Assembly: GCA_964016885.1 (NCBI GenBank)
Contig: OZ024740.1
Coordinates: 159,464,001 to 159,528,000, forward strand
Direction: 5' to 3'
Length of the DNA: 64,000 nucleotides
Origin: Eledone cirrhosa
Taxonomy: Eukaryota
Both the position numbers and the translations under genes were made by a program. The notes beneath the pieces are model-generated. The model saw only the letters and a list, made by a program, of their open reading frames with translations, searched no databases and was not told the origin of the DNA. How positions within the stretch are numbered: the first letter of the stretch is position 1; each line of letters starts with the position of its first letter. This document shows, in pieces, positions 57,168 through 64,000 of the stretch.

Positions 57168-59358
57168 TGGGGAGAAGTGTGTACTTAATGATGACGGCGT
57201 ACTTGCCATCACCGATGCTGATAAGAAGGTAGCTTGGAAGTGTCACTATGAAAGGCTACTAAATGAAGAGAATAAATGGGAGAAAGACAGTCTCCCCCAC
57301 ATCAACCCAATAGAGGGACCAGCAGTGTTAGTCGAGGGTAGTATAATAAGTAAGGCAATCAAGGATATGAAGACGGGTAAGGCAGCTGGGCCTTCGGAAA
57401 TAGTTGCTGAAGGCATCTGGCACGGTGGGACACACCATGGTCACCCGGATAGTTAATCAAGTCGTACAGAATGGGGTTGTTCCGAAGGACTGGCGTAGCA
57501 GCATCATCGTTAACTGTTATAAGGGTAAAGGAGATGCCCTAGATAGGAGTAACTATAGAGGCATTAAATTAATCGACCAGGTCATGAAGGTCACGGAAAA
57601 AGTAATAGCGCAACTAATCAGAGAGAGAATTGACCTCGATGAAATGCAGTTCGGGTTTGTGTCAGGCAAAAGTACCACAGACGCTCTTTTCATTGTACGA
57701 CAACTACAGGAGAAGTACCTAGCTAAAAGTAAACCCCTATACTTAGCTTTCGTCGACTTGGAGAAAGCCTTCGACAGAGTCCCCCGTTCCATTATCTGGT
57801 GGTCTCTTAGAAAACTAGGTGTTGACGAATGGCTTGTGAGAGCTATACAAGCCATGTATAAAGAAACAGTCAGTAAGGTTAGAATTAACAACGAATATAG
57901 TGAAGAGTTTAGCGTAAAAGTTGGTGTCCATCAGGGCTCTGTTCTTAGCCCCCTACTATTTAATATTGCCCTTCAGGCTATAACAGAGGAGTTCAAGACC
58001 GGCTGCCCATGGGGACTCCTATACGCAGATGACCTAACACTCATAGTTGAATCAATGGCCGAGCTAGAGAAGAAATTCCAAACATGGAAGCACGGCCTAG
58101 AATCAAAAGGCCTTAAAATTAACCTGGCTAAGACCAAAGTTCTAGTTTGTAGGAAAGAAAATAAGGCGGCGGTCCCTTCCGGGAAGTGGCCATGTTCAGT
58201 GTGTAGGAAAGGCGTAGGTAGAAATTCCATTTTGTGTCCGAAATGCAAAGTTTGGGTGCATAAAAGATGTAGTGGGATCACAGGTAAGCTAACTAAGCAC
58301 GTAGATTTTACATGTGGCCGGTGCTCTGGTGCAATAAGTAGCAGCAAGTGCCCACAATATACTAGCTCCTTCAACTGCGCAGAGGGTTCTATAGAAATAG
58401 TGGACAGCTTCCGTTATCTGGGTGACAAAATCAGCAGTGGGGAAGGGTGCTCTGAAAGTACAGTAGCTAGAGTCAGAACTGGATGGAAAAAGTTCAGAGA
58501 GCTTATACCACTATTAGCCGCTAAAGGGTTCTCCCTAAAAATGAAAGGCAGGTTGTATGATGCCTGCATACGAACAGCAATGTTGCATGGCAGTGAGACC
58601 TGGGCATTGTGTGCAGAGGATATACGCAGACTAGAGAGGAACGAAGCTTGCATGCTCCGCTGGATGTGTAATAGTAATATACGTGAACGGCAAAGCATAA
58701 ACGAACTAAAGAAAAAATTAGAAATAAGAGGGATCAGATGTTGTTTACTCGAGAGAAGGCTACGTTGGTATGGACACGTGATGCGCATGAAAGACGATAG
58801 CTGTATAACAAAGTGCAGGGCAATAAAGATAGACGGGAGCCACGGAATAGGCAGACCCAGAAAAACCTGGGACGAGCTGATAAACTCCGACCTCACACAT
58901 TTACACCTCTCCAAGACAATGTCACTGGATCGAGACCTTTGGCGGTACTCAGTAATAGAGAAGACCCGCCTTACCTAAATACATAGTAAAACCTACTACA
59001 GTCAGTAGGCATCTCTAACAAAATACCCCCCTACCCTCTCCACACCGCCCCTTTCAATGTAAAGTTATGTTGGTACCACAACATCCAGGCCGAAACAAAT
59101 GAGGTCGTGTAGGTGTGACGACAAAAAAACACACAGTCCACGCTGTAATGTGGCCGTATAGGTAACACGGTAAAAACCTCCCAGTTCCACACTGTAAATT
59201 TGGTTGGCGTTAGGAAGGGTATCCAACTGTAGAAAACCTGCCAGACAGTCCTATGCGAGCAAGACAATCACTCTTGCCTCAAGTGGGAAAATCCCCGTCC
59301 AAACCCATGCAAGCGTGGAACACGGACGTTAAACGTTGATGATGATGATGATGATGAT
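57168..59358 (+). mobile_element. 5'-truncated RTE-clade LINE (RT, PHD-like finger, 3'UTR, (GAT)n tail)
   Basis: NYRGIKL, QFGFVSGKSTTDA, FVDLEKAFDRV, GVHQGSVLSP, YADD and RRLRWYGHVMR..GRPRKTW. 8-nt deletion at ~57410 relative to the copy at 63381-63400. Confidence 0.95.
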
Positions 59359-59370
59359 ATATATATATAT

Positions 59371-59583
59371 CATCATCATCGTTTAACGTCTATCTTCCAC
59401 GCTAGCATGGGTTTAAACGGGAAGTTTCCCACATGTGGCAAGATTGGTTGTCTTGCTCGTATAGGACTGTCTGGTAGGTTTTCTACGGCTGGATACCCTT
59501 CCTAACACCAACCACATGGACTGGGAGGTTTTTACCGTGTGTGTTTTTTTGTCGTGACACCTACATGACCTCATTTATTTAGG
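59371..59583 (-). mobile_element. RTE 3'UTR fragment, tail-to-tail with the preceding RTE
   Basis: Reverse-complement similarity to 59085-59358. Begins (CAT)3. Confidence 0.85.
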
Positions 59584-59585
59584 AC

Positions 59586-59652
<67 letters not shown>

Positions 59653-59659
59653 TAGATAT

Positions 59660-59720
<61 letters not shown>

Positions 59721-60164
59721 GATAACTTAAATCCTAATAATTCTGCTACAACCACCACCAGATAATACCATTGCTTATGCAAAGATTCCTTAGAAGTTTG
59801 CGAAGCTTACATTTTAGCATTTTTTCTTTTAATCTTTCTCATAAAAGCATTGTATTTGGAACACCAAGAATTATTTACAATAGTTGTAGCAGGGCTAACA
59901 GTTACTTTGTAAAGAATATGTTGTTGCAGAGTACCTCAATGAAAATCTAGCATGTCACAGTGTTCTTCTATTGGTGAGGGATATTTTCCATTGGTTTCGA
60001 AAATAAACATTCAGTTTTATCAACTGTGCATCTCAGTCATTAGAGGTGGGTGAGCAAAAGGGATAGAGGCAGTGACTATACAAACATTGCCAAAGTATTT
60101 GTAGAGTTAAAGATTAAGTGATTTTATGATATCATTGGTCTTCTCTGTGGAGTGTCATACACTA

Positions 60165-60945
60165 TGCTTTCCAGCATAGAATTACGTCCCTTTACGGTCT
60201 GAGTTCAAATCCCGCCGAGGTTAACTTTGCCTTTCATCCTTACGGGGGTCAATAAAATTAAGTACCAGTAATGCACTGGAATAATTGCTGGCCTTGTGCC
60301 AAAAGTAGAAACAATTCTTACAATGCCTTTAGAACACAATAACAATGCAAGCAGAGGTTGTCTTAATGGGGATAGCTGTCATGATCAGCTTCTCTATTTT
60401 GCCCTATCATCTGTATCCTCCCTTACCAACCTACTGGCTCTCATTTCCCCCTCCATTCTTTTTAGTCATGACTTTCTTAACTTCCCCTTCCTCTGTTTTT
60501 TTATGTTCATTTCCATCACTCCCTAACTCATTCATTTTCATCACTCTTCAACACATGATCCAACCATCTCCTTCCTTTTTTTTTTAAAACATTCATCATT
60601 GGCTCTATTCTCATCAAAGTATTGAGTAAATAGTTTTGTATTCTACGGGCATAAGCTTCTGTTTATGATCGTATTTCAATCAAATACACTGTTTCAAACA
60701 ATTAATGGAATATTTTGAGGGATTTAGTCAAATTATTAATTATTTCATTACTAAAATAACTGTTTCTACTTTTAGGCACAAGGCCAGCAATTATCCAGTG
60801 CATTACTGGTACTTTATTTTATCGACCCCGTAAGGATGAAAGGCAAAGTCAACCTCGGCGGGATTTGAACTCAGATCGTAAAGGGACGTAACTATGCTGG
60901 AAAGCATGGCGTCTGACCCTCTACCGATACTGCCAATCCACCGTC
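60165..60945. mobile_element. Inverted pair of 29012-type SINEs (60165-60315 +; 60760-60945 -)
   Basis: Near-identical reverse-complement copies about 450 bp apart. Confidence 0.85.
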
Positions 60946-61589
60946 ATTACTAAAATAACAACTTAAGATATGGTATGTAAAACTAATAGACCTAAGCTAT
61001 CAATAATAATAGGAACAGGATTGAATGTATTTCCTCTGGTTTCCAGGCTTAGTATGAAATAGAGAGATTTTGATTTGACACAAGTGAAGTGTCCTCTCAA
61101 CTCTTCTATGCTTGGTTTCTACAATAGGGTGCCCTTCCTGTTACCAACCACCCTTATAAAATGTACTGGGTGCATTTTTGTGACACCATCACTAGATAGG
61201 TTGTTGGTTATAGACCCAACTGAAGAGTCCTCTCTGCTCTGGGGAGGGAGATAGGTATGAATGAATAGGTGTATGTGGTGATTTGGTATGGTGAGGAGTT
61301 AAAAGAGTGGCAGATTAGTGTATGGGGAGATGGAATATAGTGGTGTGTATGGAAGGTGAGATTTGTAAGAAGGTAAGGGTGGTAGTTTGGGGAAATGCAC
61401 AAGGGGTAGAGAGAGAGTAGCTACTAAAGTGCAATGGTAATGATATCTAAGGGCTTTAGAGGGGTAGAGTAGCTAAGGAGTGCTTTTATGGTAGGAGAGG
61501 GGTTGCAATTGTGATGAGGATAGCTGCTAGTGAGTGCTAGTGGAAAGATACATGCATGAGACAGGTCATATTGTATGTTTGTGACTGGG

Positions 61590-61898
61590 TCTTCATCATT
61601 ACAGCATAGTGCCAGCCCTCTCAATACTTTGTCATCTCAGTTGTGAGGTTTAGTTTCTTAAGGTCACTCTTCAGTAATTTGTCCCAATTCTTCCTGGGTC
61701 TGCCTTTTCCCTGGGTTCTAGCCACTGAGATTTCTCTGCATTTCATTATACAGCTGCTGTCTTCCCTATGCATCACATTTCCATACCAGCACATTCTTCT
61801 CTCTTGCACAATACATCAAATTCCCCTTATGCTGAGTGTTTCTCTCAGTTCACTAAAGCTCTGTCATTCATGCACACTAACATTATACATTCATTAGA

Positions 61899-61900
<2 letters not shown>
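61590..61900 (-). mobile_element. Old RTE ORF C-terminal fragment
   Basis: QERRMCWYGNVMHREDSSCIMKC..GKGRPRKNWD. Confidence 0.8.
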
Positions 61901-61942
<42 letters not shown>

Positions 61943-63097
61943 GCTAATTCTTGAAATGACATGCTTACACAATTTACATGTTTCTTTTGCAAAAATTCAT
62001 ATGCTCACAGATTCAAACACATCACACACATATAACCACACCTATAGATGCATATACCCTCCACACACACACACATAAACTGTGACTCATTGTTCCCTCC
62101 TCCACATATATATATATTCTATTAAAAGTCTTCTGCCGGATATATAATGCCATTTTTCCTGATAATCCAATAGCACAATAATATCAAACAATGAGAAAAC
62201 TCCTGGCTTCAATATGTCGATGGAAGACAAATAATAAACACTCCTTTAAATTACATTTTCCTTCTTCACCTCCTTGCTCTCTGCCCTCCTCTCCTTTCTC
62301 AACCTCTCTTCCTTGTTCTTTCTCTAACAATAAATAAATAAATAAATAAATAAATAAAATAATTGAAATTGCAATAATAGAAAATAAAAAATAAAAAAAT
62401 AATCCAAAAATGTCTAAAAGCACAGTAAAATAAAATGAAAATGCCCCAATTTATTTGCGATTGCTTCATTCTGATATTTTCTGCTTATGAAATTCTATCA
62501 AGATATAGACATACTGACAAGACACTACACTGAAGAAACAACTAGCATTTTCTTGTGTGAAGCCAGATTTTCTTGCTAAAATTCCTTTTCATTTGCCTAA
62601 TTCATTTTATGCCTATCCTGGAGAATGTATTGTTTCTTACAAAGGTTAATTAAATTCATAAAATTGAACAGTGCATGAGAAAATCTTCAGCAGCAAATGT
62701 AGTTTATAAATAAATATATATATATATATATATATATATCTGTGTGTGTGTACATATGATTCAACCATGGTTGTGTGGTTAAGAAGTTCACTTTACAACT
62801 AAATGGTATGGGTTCTATTCCAGTGCATTACACCATCGAAACATATCTTCAACTATATCTGTAAGCAGACCAATGCCTAGTGAATGAGTTTAGTTGGTAT
62901 AAACTGTGAGCTATCCCATTGTATATATATATATATATATAACAAAGAGCTGTGTGGTAAGATACCAGGTGGACCATAACGCACCATTGTACTCAATACT
63001 TGGGTAGTAGAGTGGGTAATAGGAAAAGAGTCAGAAACCCGACGGCTCAGCTCTGGCCGTTCAACAGTTGGATCCATTCGGATCTTTTACTATCTAT

Positions 63098-63290
63098 CAT
63101 CATCAACATCACCGTTTTACGTCCGTTCTTCCACACTAGCATGGGTTAGACAGGTTATCATGTTGTGGACAGTGTCCGGTCTGCTGACTTTGCCTTGCTC
63201 ATACGGGAACTGATTCTGACTTGATTTCTACAGCTGGATGACCTTCCTAACACCAACCTCATTTACAGTGAGTGCTGGGTGCTTTCTTTC
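63098..63290 (-). mobile_element. RTE-tail/SINE 3' fragment
   Basis: Matches the 52938-53062 and 35590-35730 tail sequences. Confidence 0.75.
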
Positions 63291-64000
63291 CAGAGGGACC
63301 AGCAGGGATAGTCGAAGGTAGTATAATAAGTAAGGCAATCAAAGATATGAAGGCGAGTAAGGCGGCTGGGCCTTCGGAAATAGTTGCTGAGATGCTGAAA
63401 GCCTCTGGAACGGTGTGACACACCATGGTCACCCGGATAGTAAACCAAGTCATACAGAATGGGGTTGTTCCGAAGGACTGGCGTAGCAGCATCATCATTA
63501 ACTGTTACAAGGATAAAGGAGATGTCCTAGATAGGAGTAACTATAGAGGCATTAAATTAATTGACCAGGTCATGATGTCACAGAAAAAGTAATAGTGCAA
63601 CTAATCAGAGAGCGAATTGATCTATATGAAATGCAGTTCGGGTTTGTGTCAGGCAAAAGTACCACAGACGCTTTTTCATTGTTCGACAACTACAAGAGAA
63701 GTACCTAGCTAAAAGTAAACCCCTATACTTAGCTTTTGTCGCCTTGGAAAAAGCCTTCGATAGATTCCTCGATTCCATTATCTGGTGGGCTCTTAGAAAA
63801 CTAGGTGTTGACGAATGGCTTGTGAGAGCTATACAAGCCATGTATAAAGAAACAGTTAGCAAGGTTAGAATTAACAACGAATATAGTGAAGAGTTTATCG
63901 TAAAAGTTGGTGTTCATCAGGGCTCCGTTCTTAGCCCCCTACTATTTATTATTGCCCTTCAGGCTATAACAGTTCAGTTCAAGACCGGCTGCCCATGGAA
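63291..64000 (+). mobile_element. Second copy of the 57168 RTE (5'-truncated, disrupted, runs off the window)
   Basis: Collinear with 57313-58012. Contains stops and frameshifts. Confidence 0.93.

Overview
This is AT-rich, microsatellite-saturated animal DNA. The SINE, LINE and PLE families resemble those of octopus or another coleoid cephalopod (an inference). No host protein-coding exon could be supported, and most ORF-track entries are translations of (TA)n/(TG)n/(TATG)n tracts. The real content is mobile DNA: two near-complete Penelope-like elements (PLEs; RT + C-terminal GIY-YIG; 20985-24460 and 46195-50311), further PLE fragments, CR1-group and RTE LINEs, tRNA-derived SINEs, MITEs and a probable non-autonomous Helitron. 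Reading the non-coding DNA by eye shows three further things. (i) About 20 hammerhead ribozyme (HHR) motifs from many families. (ii) A repeated two-armed, head-to-head PLE insertion architecture in (TA)n in which the two arms stop at two different family-specific 3' endpoints. (iii) Two unusual ribozyme elements: a hammerhead whose three strands are in a non-circularly permuted order (29439-29499) and an ORF-less ~885-bp element with terminal direct repeats and a branched-stem-II hammerhead (56138-57022). All RNA folds were assigned manually and are untested.
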